In this document: positions 25,629 through 39,398 of the stretch, in pieces
How the letters are laid out: each line of letters starts with the position of its first letter
Position numbering within the stretch: the first letter of the stretch is position 1
Origin: Octopus bimaculoides
Lineage: Eukaryota
NCBI RefSeq assembly: GCF_001194135.2
Contig: NC_068988.1
Span: forward strand, 21,224,698-21,288,697
DNA length: 64,000 nt
Reading direction: 5' to 3'
Made by a program: the position numbers and the translations under genes
Notes under the pieces: model-generated
What the model was told of the DNA's origin: nothing
The model's input: only the letters and a program-made list of their open reading frames with translations
Databases searched by the model: none

Positions 25629-26594
25629 CGCACACATAAACACCTCCACCTGCACACACAGGTGCATCTACACACCTGTGCGTTTACCTTAGACATTATG
25701 TTATGGTTGTAAATGAGCATCACTGTTATGTATGTGAGGTTGTTTGTTTCCTGTCTTTCATAGCTATGGGGAAAATACCTTGCTTCGAAACAGGTGGAGA
25801 TTGATGACAGGAAGGGCATCTGGCTGTGGAAAATGTACCTCAACAAAATCCATCTGGAAGTGTGAGCATATCCACACATGCTATATGTGGAGAGAGAGAG
25901 AGGGAAAACGGAGGTGCAGTTCCCCTGGAAAGTGATTGGATCTATGAAATCTGTTCAGTTTGAACATCTTGAGATGAAAGCTTGATGGTAGAGTATGGGA
26001 GATGACAGTTCCAGAGGGTTGCTATTCTGGAGAAGAAGGATTTGGAAAAGTGGAGTAATGACAGATAAAGAAAGGCAAGAGTATCTAGGGGAAGTTTAAG
26101 GGCTGCTTATGTATTTATTTGAAAATTTTAAATATTGATACAGCTGCAAGCAATAGTAATTATATTTCAATAGCTTAGTCTCTGCATTTTTGATGAATGT
26201 AGTTGTATTGAAGTATGGCTTGGTAGTTGAGTAGCCATAGGGTGAAATTTGAAGAGGACTAGGCTGAGTGGTTGGTGAATTTAGGTCGACTGATAAACTG
26301 AAATTATGTAAGGTGTAAAATCTCTTTTCCGATTATTGCTAAGACCTTGCCTGTTGCACCTGTTTAATCATTTGGCTGGGAATGTTCAGCTTAATCGTTG
26401 TTAATATTTTTACCATTTTTAAAGTCCTCGATATTACACTTTCAATAGAACTTTTCTAACAGAAGAAAAAAACGAATAAATAAATGTGGGAAAAAAAAAG
26501 AAAAATGTTAAAAAAAAGAGAGAGAAAATGCCTTGCTGCCTTCCAGCTAATGTCCATTTTTTTTGCCAATGTTTTCAACTGTTTGCACTTGCAG

Positions 26595-26665
26595 GCTCTG
26601 TCATATCCTCGGCTGCCCGAATTTCAGCCCTTTCCATTGTAGGAGATTTGTTGCAGAAAGTTGGT
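26595..26665 (+). CDS. nudE: nudE internal exon, C-terminal helix (dynein/CENP-F-binding region)
   Basis: ttgcag| acceptor and GGT|gtaagt donor; phase 1 to 0; 71 nt. Encodes (G)SVISSAARISALSIVGDLLQKVG (cf. SARISALNIVGDLLRKVG). Confidence 0.95.
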
Positions 26666-26806
26666 GTAAGTAGTTTGACACTTTACTAACCGTTCATATT
26701 AAAATAACTACTTCTCACTCACAGCATTTACTTCCTATTTGTTGTTGAATGTTATTTTACTCATCCATGTATTTTATTATTGTTCCTCTCTTTCTTTATT
26801 TTACAG

Positions 26807-26812
26807 GCATGA
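26807..26812 (+). CDS. nudE: Candidate alternative terminal exon of nudE (Ala-stop, then 3' UTR)
   Basis: Strong pyrimidine tract ttcctctctttctttattttacag| 141 nt after the KVG donor; phase 0 reads GCA TGA. Confidence 0.45.
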   Translation, partial: A

Positions 26813-29030
26813 TTATTATTATTATGATGAAAATCTGCTTTGATTCACATCTTAGCTAGTTGCCTCGATTAGCTCGCCTTTCTCTCATAGTGTTCCTGTA
26901 ATCTGCAGACATTTCATTGACATGTTTAATGTTTTTATTTTTATTTTTGGCTTTTATTCTCTGGAAAGCTATGCAAGTATTGTTCTTTTTAATGCTGTTT
27001 TCCAAGAGAAAACTTAAACCAGCGCATGCCTTATTAATTCCGAGATGACTTCACTGAAATGCCATTCTCTGATTCGGTGTAGATATTTCAACTTTGCTAA
27101 GTTGCAATATAGTTGAAGATTGTTTTCTTCTCTGTGTTTCTAATGAGTCTGTATTCTTGGATATTTTTGAGAAATGTGAGACCTAACGGAAGTTGAATTA
27201 GTAGCAATGTTTTATTAATTGCTTATATTATGTTATGGGTTAATTGTTCAACTAAATACATATTCTGCCATCCACCCCTTGGCAAGACTAGTTTTATTTT
27301 AAAGTTGATTAATTAAATGTTAAGACAGACATCTAATTATTTTGGTATTGCAGTTCAGCATTATTTTTTTTTATAACATTTGAAAAAAACTTTTAATAGA
27401 ATTAGAGAATAGTGTAACATTTGAACCTGTGCACAAATATTGAGAACCTGTTTGTTGTTTTGGAAGTATTTGTTTTCCTTCATCAGTGCTCAGCATCGCC
27501 TTTCTGGCACTTGTGCCCGCGGCATGTGTAAGGACTTTCGAGCGAGATCGTTGCCAGTGCCCCTGGACTGGCTCTTGTGCGGGTGACACATAAAGTACAC
27601 CATTTTGAGCGTGGCCATTGCCAGTATCGCCTGACTGGCCTTTGTGCTGGTGGCACGTAAAAGCTCCCTCTACACTCTCTGAGTGGTTGGCATTAGGAAA
27701 GGCATCCAGCTGTAGAAACTCTGCCAAATCAGATTAGAGCCTGGTGTAGCCATCTGGTTTCACCAGTCCTCAGTCAAATCGTCCAACCCATGCTAGCATG
27801 GAAAGCGGACGTTAAACGATGACGATGACGATGATGATGATGATGATCAGAACAACCAAATAATGCTCAAATAAGTAAGGGGGGTTTCTATGTGGATGCT
27901 TAACATGCTAGAAATAACAGCTACACCTCTCAAACTGCACTCTGTTTTTAAAAGAAAATGTAAGATCAAATTGGATAATGTGTTGTCCTGTCTATACTGT
28001 CTAGTAAAAAGATAGGATGGCTATAGCCAGAATACTTTTGACCATATGTTTACTTAACTAGGTCTGCCTTGGAGCTAAACAACAACAGCTCACTAATGTA
28101 AGTAGTGCTGTATCATTATAATTCCATTCTACCATGCACCATGTTATCAGCTAATAAGGTAGCACATGAAATGGGAAGATATTAAGGCAGGCAAAGTTTA
28201 GCACCCAAAAGACACAACACTTTATCTGTGGTGAGATAAGATAAGCTATTTGAAGCTGTTTCGCTTTTCCTTTCATAAATATTCTCTTCTACATCCATTG
28301 TTTCTGTTTCATTATGAGTTGAACAACAGTAATGTCTATAAGTGTTTGATTACAAGAAGAGAAAATGAGGACTTGAATCAGTGCCTAAAAGACCAACCTT
28401 GTGTTATTTTGAGATTAATTCCACTCTGGCTTTCCTTATTAAGAGGAGGGTGGAGGATTTGTCGCATCATTAGAGCACTGGACAAAATGCCTTGAAGCAT
28501 TTAGTTATGGTCCTATACATTCTGAGTTCTAATCTCTTGGAGACTGACTTTGCCTCTCATCCTACAGGATTTAAAAAAATAAGTACTAGAGAAATTCTGG
28601 AGATGATGTAACTGACCATTTCCTTTCCCTCGCTCCAACTTTCTGGCCATGTGCCTATGTAAGAAATGATTATTAAGATGTAAAAAAAAAAAGTTGTGTT
28701 ATTCTATAATAAAATAGAATAGGGTTGTTAAAAGAAATCATTAAAATTTTATGGATGGAAAAATATATATTTTTTTAATTTCCTTTTTGAAACTCCATGT
28801 ACTACATGACCCCTTGCTCCCAAATAAATGTGAAATGAATATTTGTTTTATTATTATCAACATCCCTGGATTTGGATTAATTATAATTATGAACATGGAA
28901 AGTATGAAAGATCTGACAGATGAAATATTGCTGTCGTAAAAAGAAAAGTAGCATCCTTTGAATGTCTTCATCTTGGTCTTTATACAGAATTACAAAGAAT
29001 TGTTTGAAATGTTCAGAGCCTTTTTCAGTT

Positions 29031-29063
<33 letters not shown>

Positions 29064-30302
29064 CATGCTGAGAGAGAGAGAGTTTCTATATTATTTCTGG
29101 TTGAAGTATGTAGTCTAGTAAATATGTCTGGCGGCTAGAATAATTAACTCCTGCTTGGAGGTTTCATGTTGCTGACTTCTTATGAATGTAATTATATCAG
29201 TGAGTATTCATCAAGCATCCACTAGCAGACATTTGCTGCTGTTTGAAGTAACTGGTATGAAATGTGAGGAGGGACAGGCATGGTTGTGTTGTCAAGAAGC
29301 TTGCTTTTTAACCACATGGTTTTGGATTCCACTGTGGCTTCTTGGACATATCATAAGTGTCATCTGCTATAAATTCTAAGCCAAACAAAGCCATGCGAGT
29401 GGATTTGGTTGATAGAAACTGAAAGAATCCTGTCTCAATTCCTGGTCTGGGCTGCATGTTGTGTTCTTGAGCAAGACACTTATTTCATGTTGTTCCAGTT
29501 CACTCAGCTGTAGAAATTAGTTGTGATGTCACTGGTGCCAAACTGTGTCGGCCTTTCCTTTGGATAACATTGGTCGTGTGGAGAGGAGAGGTTGGTATGC
29601 ATGGGCGAATGCTGGTCTTCCATAAACAACCTTGCCTGAACTTGTGCCTCAGAGGGTAACTTTCTAAGTACAATCCCATATTCATTCATGACCGAATGGG
29701 CTCTTTACCCTTTTATTTCCTTACTTTGACATCTGTGATAGTTGTAAATGATTGTCACTGTTACACAAGCAGTATCATTGACTTCCAATATTCTGCAAAA
29801 ACATGTTTGGTCATGGGGAAATATTACCTTACTTGGAAACCGGTAAGAGTTGGTGACAGGAAGGACATCTAACCATGAAAATCAACCTCGATAGAAAAAT
29901 AAATTCTACCTGATCCATGCAAAAATGAAAATGCATTTGTTAAAATGATAAATGAATGATAAACTTTGATTCTCTTGTTATCATATTTTCTTTCATGTGC
30001 ACACATTTGGTTATATGCCTTATTCTACATTCTATTATCCAGTTTTATGTTTAGTTATTAACTGTATGTATTAATGGATGAGAGGAGAAAAAAGGTTACG
30101 GCTTGATGCTAATCTTAAGGGCTCAGCTATGCTGGTGGCCATCATTTAGGGGAGTTGTAAAAATATCTGAAACGTGTTTTTCATGCATAAAGATGCTGGA
30201 AATACAATTGAAAAGACAATCCTTAAACAGCAATTCCACTATGGGTGGCACTGAATGTTACAAAAGACATTGAATTATACAGTCTTAGTACATTGTCTGA
30301 AA

Positions 30303-30661
30303 GTGGAGGCGCAATGGCCCAGTGGTTAAGGCAGCAGACTTGCGGTCATAGGATCGCGGTTTCGATTCCCAGAGTGGGCGTTGTGAGTGTTTATTGAGCG
30401 AAAACACCTAAAGCTCCACGAGGCTCCAGCAAGAGATGGTGGCGAACCCTGCTGTACTCTTTCACCACGACTTTCTCTCACTTTTTCTTCCTGTTTCTTT
30501 TGTGCCTGTAATTCAAAGGGTCAGCCTTGTCACACTGTGTCATGCTGAATATCCCTGAGAACTACGTTAAGGGTACATGTGTCTGTGGATTGCTTCATGA
30601 GCAGGCTGTTCTGTTGATTGGATCGACTGGAACCCTCGATGTCGTAAGCGATGCAGTGCCA
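30303..30661 (+). mobile_element. tRNA-derived SINE, family A
   Basis: Same body; TSD acattgtctgaaa at 30290-30302 and 30662-30674. Confidence 0.92.
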
Positions 30662-31639
30662 ACATTGTCTGAAAAAAAAAGGACAAGATGAACAGAACTG
30701 GAACCGTTTTGATCTCAAGTCTGCACCATCTGATTAGACACAGAAATAAACAACACATATATGCACATTCATATTTCATCCTAGCTAACTAAGAATGACA
30801 AGAGATACTTTTCATAGGCTCTAAATGTTATTGATGTAAGCCTCTCTCATTCTGTTTAATCTTTTATCAGCTTAAACCAAAATGAGAAGGTGATGGTGAA
30901 GTATAGGTATCAGTTGTGGCCTCACCTGTGAAGAAAAGCTATGGTATTTTGATTTGTATAAATAGACATTTAATCAGTTTCTAGACANNNNNNNNNNTCA
31001 AAGAACTACCAACAATTGAAGGATATTAATAAGTAGTGTCTGCAAATGTCCTTTATTGTGAGGAAAACTTTAGTAATTGAGCTATTAACTGCTTCCATGT
31101 ATATCTTGCTGTCGCAATAAATGATTATTTTTTGACCAAACAAGGCTAAACCTTGAGATAGTTGGTAAAATGCATGCCGGTATATTACTTGGTCCATACT
31201 CCATAGACCCTAGAAATATGAAGGCCTAAGTTATGCCCACAGGGGGCTAAACATAGAGGAGACAAACAAGGACAGACAAAGGGATTAAGTCGATTACATT
31301 GACCTCCAGTGCGTAACTGGTACTTATTTAATCGACCCTGAAAGAATTGAAGGCAAAATCGATCTTGGTGAAATTTGAACTCAGAACATAAAAACAGACG
31401 AAATACCGCTAGGCATTTTGCCTGGTATGCTAGTGATTCTGCCAGCTCGCCTCCCTATGAAGGCTGAAGTTAGCTCTGAATGTAGAGTATCAAGATTAAA
31501 TAGACTGAAGTATTTAGTGTAATACTCTTTGTCAAGTGAAAAACAAATACTTATAAGTTGTTAGCAATTATTTTCTTTTAGTGAAATACTGTTTACACTG
31601 CTGTCATTCTTGTTCTTGGTTAATTAATCATTTTTATAT

Positions 31640-32200
31640 TATCATTATTATTGAGTGAGAGAGCAATGCATGCCATCAAAGTTATACTGGGGTACAAATA
31701 TACAAAGCCCATCATGACTAACCATCTGATAATGGCACACCAGGCACATGCATCATAACCACATGTACGTGACACAATCTCATATCAAGATAAACAGCAC
31801 ATGACCTTGCGGGTGGGGGCCCAGTAAGAATTTTCTTGAGGTCAAGTAACCTATCCTGCTCAAAAGGTTCCTGAATAAGGGTGGTTTAAGATGAAAATGT
31901 TTCTGTATTCACCACAAGGGCAAAAGATGAGAGGACATTACATAGATCATTATTATCATTGGTTTTAGCATCCACTTTTCCATGTTTGCATGAGTCAGGT
32001 GGAATTCATTAAGGCAGATTTTCTATGGCTAGATGCTCATCCTACTTTCAGAGGTGAATTGATGCTCTCCCATTACTCCTGCTCGTGATCAGAAATGCAC
32101 ATATTGTCAGCCACTAAAGGACCATGCTCAGCTGGTTAAGGTCAAGCAACTCTGTGGTATTGAGCAGAATATTCAGTGTAGCCCATCTTGTATACCATGA
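31640..32200 (-). mobile_element. Retroposon with (TAA)n tail, interrupted by a templated insertion at 31901-32048
   Basis: Minus-strand end ...gcatgcattgctctctcactcaataataat; the flanks atgtttc|cagaggtgaatt rejoin across the insert, as in my recollection of this repeat. Confidence 0.55.
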
Positions 32201-32209
32201 CAAAACAGT

Positions 32210-32650
32210 TAAGATGAAAAGCCATGAGAGCCACTGCCTAGTACTGCATCAGGGCTATTGAAAAGGAAGACGAGAATAGAGAGAAAAGTGCTGTCTCGTA
32301 GCAAATTTATTGAAAGGTGGGTGACTGTTGGTAAAATGGCCAGTACGAACGGACCAATTCTGAGGTTACACCTGTAAAAAAAAAAAAAAGATAAATAAAA
32401 AGATAACATTAAAGGAGAAGGGGCTCTCTACCCTTCCTGACCAGGCTTCCGTCGCTTTTAGGGGTTTTTCCACATGTAACCTTTCAAAGCGCCTCCCCCA
32501 TTTGGGAGTTTTATTTGTTATATTTTTCGCTGTTATTAATGTTAACATGAACGTTTTCTTTTCGGACAAAACCCCTTGTACTTTTCGTCCTGTCTTTGTC
32601 CTTACATGTTTTTTGATTTATATTAGCCCTTGTGGCCAATAAAACAAGAG
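32210..32650 (+). mobile_element. Tx1-clade LINE 3' end (ORF2 C-terminus plus 3' UTR)
   Basis: LKRKTRIERKVLSRSKFIERWVTVGKMASTNGPILRLHL* (32258-32377), then a UTR ending ccaataaaacaagag. Confidence 0.7.
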
Positions 32651-34784
32651 TTAATTATTATTTACAATGACCTTATTTTTTAATGTCTTCTGGTATGGCT
32701 GTGTGGTTAAATGATTTGTTTTCGTACCACAAGGTAGTCCTACTATGTCACAAGTAGGCAAATGTCTTCTACTATAACCCTAGGCTGACTAAAGCCTTGT
32801 GAGTGGATTTAGTAAAAGGAAAATGAAAAAATCCGTGTGTGTGTGTGTGTGTTATGTGCGCGTGCACGTTTGTGTGTGTGCGTGCGCGTATGTGTCTCTT
32901 TTGCCATACTAGATGATGGTTATATGCAAGTGTTGCTGTCACACAAGTGATGTCATTCATTTCTGGTCTTCTGTGAAAACATGTCTGGCCAAGGGAAAAA
33001 TATTACCTTATATAAAAGTAGGATGAGCATCTAGCCATAGAAAATCTGCCTTAATGAATTCCACCTGACTCATGCAAACATGGAAAAGTGGATGCTAAAA
33101 CCAATAATAATAATAATCTATGTAATGTCCTCTCATCTTTTGCCCTTGTGGTGAATACAGAACCANNNNNNNNNNNNNNNNNNNNNNNNNNNNNNNNNNN
33201 NNNNNNNNNNNNNNNNNNNNNNNNNNNNNNNNNNNNNNNNNNNNNNNNNNNNNNNNNNNNNNNNNNNNNNNNNNNNNNNNNNNNNNNNNNNNNNNNNNNN
33301 NNNNNNNNNNNNNNNNNNNNNNNNNNNNNNNNNNNNNNNNNNNNNNNNNNNNNNNNNNNNNNNNNNNNNNNNNNNNNNNNNNNNNNNNNNNNNNNNNNNN
33401 NNNNNNNNNNNNNNNNNNNNNNNNNNNNNNNNNNNNNNNNNNNNNNNNNNNNNNNNNNNNNNNNNNNNNNNNNNNNNNNNNNNNNNNNNNNNNNNNNNNN
33501 NNNNNNNNNNNNNNNNNNNNNNNNNNNNNNNNNNNNNNNNNNNNNNNNNNNNNNNNNNNNNNNNNNNNNNNNNNNNNNNNNNNNNNNNNNNNNNNNNNNN
33601 NNNNNNNNNNNTTTTTTTTTTTTTTTTTTTTTTTTTTTTGGACATATATTTTATTTAGTTTGTACCTAACCAATTGGTTTATACCGTGACCTTTTAGCAG
33701 TAGAAGTTTGCCGGCTATTATTATTGGTATCTGTCTGAATAGAAGGAAGAAATAGTTTGAGAGTTGTGGAATCTTAGTCTGCCTGGCTATCAGTCAGTCT
33801 GCCATTGTCTGCTGTATTTTGGCAGTTAAAGTTAATACAGTAAATGCCAGTCGTGCTCTGCCTGCATAAACACATACACACATCATGACTAATTACCATA
33901 GTATACAAGAATTTATTACAGACTCTACCGCCTTCAGTGCTTACTTACATATAAAATTATGGCACAAATCCAATATATATTAGAGATGTTAGTAATTTTT
34001 GTCTCGAGGTTGTTTTAAATTGAAGCCTGTGTGGAAGTGTGAGGATGTAGACAATAATGAAACATGTTTTGTGCTGTTCAGAAATAAGCATTTTGATTAG
34101 TTGGAAACCTGGCCTCCTAGTTGCACAGCCCACTTAATCAACTCCAGTTTATTTCAAATTTAGACAAGGGCTGAGCTTCTTGTGTTCTCTGTGAGACTTT
34201 ATGTGACACTGAGAAAACCCATTTAGAATAATTGATCAGCGCATGCATGGTTGTGAGGTTAAGACGCTTGCTTCCCAACAACATAATTTTGAGTTCAGTC
34301 CTACTGTGTGGCATCGTGGGCAAATGTCTTCTATAACCCTTGGCTGACCAAAGCCTTGAGAGTAGATTTGGTAGACAGAAGCTGAAAGAAGGCCATCATA
34401 TGTCTGTCACCGTCTCCTGACATAACATTGTGTGATAGTTGTGAGCAAAGTTCACTATCATCCAAGTGGTATCCTCCATTTCCAATATTCCATGAAAACA
34501 TTTCTGGTCATGGGGGAAATACTACTTTACTTGGAAACAGATGAGAGTTGGTGAGAGAAAAGACATCCACTCTTAGAAAATCCATTTCAACAAATTCTGT
34601 CCAACCCATGCTAGCATAGAAAATAGACATTAAAATAAAGGTGTCTTGAACTTTTAAGCTTTTGATTTCCTCTTTGTTTAAGAGGACTAAATTATCTGGA
34701 ATAGCAACCTCCTTGTTCTTCAGTTTTAGGATCATATGTATTCTGTTATTAAGGCTTCATATCTGAAACATTTGTATTATACTA

Positions 34785-35172
34785 TTGTTGTTGTTGTTGG
34801 CACTCCGTCGCTTACGACGTCGAGGGTTCCAGTTGATCCGATCAATGGAACAGCCTGCTCGTGAAATTAACGTGCAAGTGGCTGAGCACTCCACAGACAC
34901 GTGTACCCTTAACGCAGTTCTCGGGGATATTCAGCGTGACACAGTGTGACAAGGCTGACCCTTTGAATTACAGGCACAACAGAAACAGGAAGTAAGAGTG
35001 AGAGAAAGTTGAGGTGAAAGAGTACAGCAGGGTTCGCCACCATCCCTTGCCGGAGCCTCGTGGAGCTTTAGGTGTTTTTGCTCAATAAACACTCACAACG
35101 CCCAGTCTGGGAATCGAAACCGCGATCCTATGACCACGAGTCCGCTGCCCAAACCACTGGGCCATTGCTCCT
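34785..35172 (-). mobile_element. tRNA-derived SINE, family A
   Basis: Reverse complement of the family A body with a (TTG)n tail. Confidence 0.9.
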
Positions 35173-37906
35173 ATACTATACTATAATAGTATAGTATATT
35201 ATACTATACTATTATGCTATACTGCAAAAAAAAAAAAAAATCCATTGCTTCTAGGCTGTTATATTGTAATAAATCTGTGCTGTTTTATTGGCCATTTATT
35301 AGAGCAGTGAGAATAGTCAAGATTGCAGACTGCTAAACTAAAAGGATTCAGTATTTAGTTTCATATTCCCTAAATATTGATTTTGTTGTTTTTTCTTTTA
35401 TTGTTTTGTGATTGATAAAATATGAGGCAGCAACATTGAAGTTGTGATCCAGTTGACTGTATCCTTTTTCTATCAAATTTGGATTTGTGCTTGATAAGAC
35501 AAAAAAATGAATATTGAAACCTTTTTATTGCTGAGCTAACTTTGTTGTTATATCAGTCAGTGTATCTTCCCTGGAGACATTAAACTTTAGATAACACATG
35601 CTATAAAAATCTCTTGTATTCAACTGTTGCAGAACATTGAGATTGATAACTTGTAATGGAAATAGAAAGCAAAGGGTGGTTAGCTAGTAGATAGATTATT
35701 CAGAGCAGGAGAGGTAGTGGCTATTAGTATACCATGGTATAGATAGCTGAGCTATTGGTTTATATAATGCAGGTTAATATTTAAAGTGAACAGATTGGGT
35801 ATATCATCATCATCGTCGCTTAACGTCCGCTTTCCATGCTAGCATGGGCAGGACGATTTGACTGAGGACTGGTGAAGCAGGTGGCTACACCAGGCTCCAA
35901 TCTGATCTGGCAGAGTTTCTACAGCTGGATGCCCTTCCTAACGCCAACCACCCCAAGAGTGTAGTGTGTGCTTTTACGTGCCACCGGCACGAAGGCCAGT
36001 CAGAAGGTGCTGGCAATGGCCATGCTCAAAATGGTGTATTTTACGTGCCACCTGCACAGGAGCCAGTTCGGCGGCACTGGCAACAATTTTGCTCGAATGT
36101 CTTTTCACGTGTCACTGGCACAAGTGCCAGGAAGGCAATGCTGGGCACAGGTGCCATCACGATTTTGCTTTCGCTTGCCCCAACAGGTCTTTGCAAGCCG
36201 AGTTTCACCCTTCATCATTACAGTAATAAAATATGCAAGAAAGAAAAAAAAAAACCCAAAGAATATATTTTATTATTATAATAGTAATAATGTTTAAGTA
36301 AATATTACTATGGGTTCAGGCTAGGAAGATGACACTGTCTGGATTAAAATTAGCACCTAATAGTGAGCAGGGACAAAATTAGATTACTCCCATGAGCTAA
36401 TTTTGTCCCTGACTCTCATAGGCTTTAGGGTGGGGGTTTTTGAGACGTTTTTTTTCTTCTACCAAAAAAGAAAAAAAGTGTCATAAGCCATCAAAATTTT
36501 TTTTTTTCTTTGAAACTAGTTTCAATGGGAAGAATGATTTCTATAGTTTTAACTAATCTTTTCCTTTTCCAGTTGAAAGATTTATATTTTATTCAGGATA
36601 TTGCCAAAAACTCGAATATTTCACTAAATTAAATTTCTGTTTCAGTGAAATAGAACTTTGGAAACTCTATAGTTTATTTTTGCGAACTGGTAGTACCACC
36701 CCTGACTAACCAATGAAACAAACAAGCAAAAACTGTAAAACATCTGTAGCTGTGTAATAACGAGCATCTCAGCCTCTCTCTCTTTGTATGACTAGTTTAT
36801 TACCTGTAGCAGATTTGTTGTGATGTGCTAAACTATTTTTAATTCTGTTATTGTCAGATAGATTCACTATAATTTAGCTACTTAAAATAACACTTGACAC
36901 TATCAAGCTCTGTGTGTGTGTGTATGCGATAGGGTGAGGTTGGTGTAAGTGTATAGAATAGAATTCTTCTTCAATGTAACCTTAATAGTTCCCACTGTCA
37001 CATCATTTTATGTATATTTCAAGCTAGATTACTCAGCATATGTTAACTTTTGTATTTTAGGCTGTGATTAGAATTAGAGATTGGGTATCTAACATGTGCA
37101 CTTGTTAGGAACTAGGTTTAGCTAATCTATATGAGAATGAATAAAAATAACTGATGCGAATAGGGTCTTGGCCTGATTGTTAATTTAGGAATATCTTCAT
37201 TTTTCCCTGTTTCTATTTTGGCCCCTTTAGTATTTGTTTTTTCTTTTTTTTTTTTTACAGTTTATGGGAGAGGATTTTGGCCATTCTCAGCTTCTGCTTA
37301 ACTGCTCTATTGTATTTCTAATCTATTTTATTGAGATCAAACAACTGTTATCTATGGGTATGTGGGGGAGCCTTTATGTGGTTACATGGTTTGCAAAAAA
37401 TAGCAGCCAGATTTCCTTGAAACCATAAAAAAAGGAATAGCACATTGGATGATAGTCTCTGATATCTGTGTAAAAAGAAAGGACAGGCCAGTCATTACCA
37501 GATTTCCTTTGATCATAAATCTGATCATGACTGACTTGGAGGTGAACAAGAATTACAACTAGTCCCATGTCCAAGGACATTACTGCATCTTTGAGATGCA
37601 ATTTCACTTCTTACAATAATCTCGATTATAAAAAAAAGTTGAAGTCTTATTAAAATGAGAAAAATCTAGTAGAATTTGGGGATACATTTAAGTTGATGAC
37701 ATCTGAATGCACAGAGGTTTATATTCTTAACATTAAGCATTCCCTTACTTGTCCTCAGCATTTTTTCATAAAACCTTACACATGACAAAGTTTTGAATTT
37801 TCAGGTTAAAATAATTGGAGTTGATTTGCTGAATTTTGACTAGTATTATGAAAGGAATTGTACAAAACGTTTTGCTTTTATCATGAAAAAGTCCTGAATT
37901 TCTAAA

Positions 37907-37946
<40 letters not shown>

Positions 37947-39093
37947 AATATCTTTTTATTCAAATTTATTGTAGTGAAGTCATCTTTTTTATTAAAGATA
38001 TTTGTATTTCCTTATTGGACCTTCATGTTTAGTTCACTTCAAGATCTTGTTGGACCCCCTCATCTGGATTATCAAGGTGATTTTTATTAGTTACAACATT
38101 AATCTCACAATCCTTTGCTGCCTACTACTACCACTGTGATGAGGCTGAAGTTGGGAAACACTAATTAACTTAAGAATATTATTGGTTCTAAAGTAAGCAT
38201 AAAGACTAATAAATATAAAGCCTCTTCAATAAAAGGATTAGATTTGATCTTAACCACATCTTCAATGAGATACACACAACCGTATATAAAAAAAATAAAT
38301 GCATTTTTAGACATAATTCTAATTCCTTAGATTTGTTGGTCCTCAACCAACTGGTTGGCTTAGCTTTCCCTAATATCTAGTATCAAGGCTTCATCCCAAA
38401 TGTTTGAATGCCACTCAAATAAGTTAGACTGAATTGATAGATCATTCTTGCTTTCATTTTTCCCCCCTTTATTTTACAAGTATTTTGATTTGTTACCTCT
38501 GTACTTGGCTGATTACAACTGTGAGAATCTTACTCATCAGTAACTATGGTAATAAGAGTAAAAGTACAAGTTGTTTATAAGTATTTATTAATTACTAGAG
38601 TACCATTACAGTGTGGGTATGAATATGTTTGATAATTTAGTAAATTGATAAGCTTCATAAACATATATTTAGACTCGCTGTGAAATTAGGCCCCATGGTT
38701 TAAGCCACTAGGATTTTTGATGGCTTGGGATGAGGATTGAACTGAAATAGTTTCATTTTGTTTCGACATTTGCCTAGAGGTTAAAAGTGATGTAAGCTAT
38801 GTTGAGAAGATTGTGAACACATTTACATAATAATACAAACCCACAGGGTCTCATTTCGTAACAGGTCTAAATATATGTTTATTAGACACATGGATATGTT
38901 TCCATGTACATATTATGTTTATAGGTAGCCAACTCTACATCTGTGAGACTGTTGTATGCAAAGACTGCATTAAAGAATTGGTCAGTAGTAAATAACTATG
39001 CATGGAGTGTCATGAGACAGGCTTTTTATATACATTTTGTTCGTGAAGAATTGACACATGGTTTATGGAATCGGCAGATTTCTTTTCCCTTAG

Positions 39094-39138
39094 ACATTTT
39101 CACTGAGGCAGTGTAGGACAAAGTTATTTAGATATAAG
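39094..39138 (+). CDS. Candidate nudE 3' exon (45 nt)
   Basis: ttcttttcccttag| acceptor and AAG|gtgaac donor; phase 0 to 0; open frame TFSLRQCRTKLFRYK. No recognisable homology. Confidence 0.4.
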
Positions 39139-39327
39139 GTGAACAAAATAAAATAAACCATACAAAGCAAAAAAAAAAACAAACAAAATATATATATATG
39201 TGGACTACAACATCGCCTGTTGTTTCTATAAGTCATATTTCTGAGTGAATTAAATAAATCTGAAAATAAGCGTCTCACACTTTGCACTGGTTTTAACATT
39301 CAGTTTAGTGTCGCTGGCACCACATAG

Positions 39328-39398
39328 GAGCAAATATCAAAAGCTGACGAGAAACTCCTCCGACCAGAACACTGTATATATTTGAAAGCATGCAGCAG
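39328..39398 (+). CDS. Candidate nudE 3' exon (71 nt)
   Basis: Weak cacatag| acceptor and strong CAG|gtgagg donor; phase 0 to 2; open frame EQISKADEKLLRPEHCIYLKACS(R); CpGs retained locally. Confidence 0.4.

Noticed and set aside
33088-33673. 170-193 aa ORFs
   Set aside because: Almost entirely N-gap codons.
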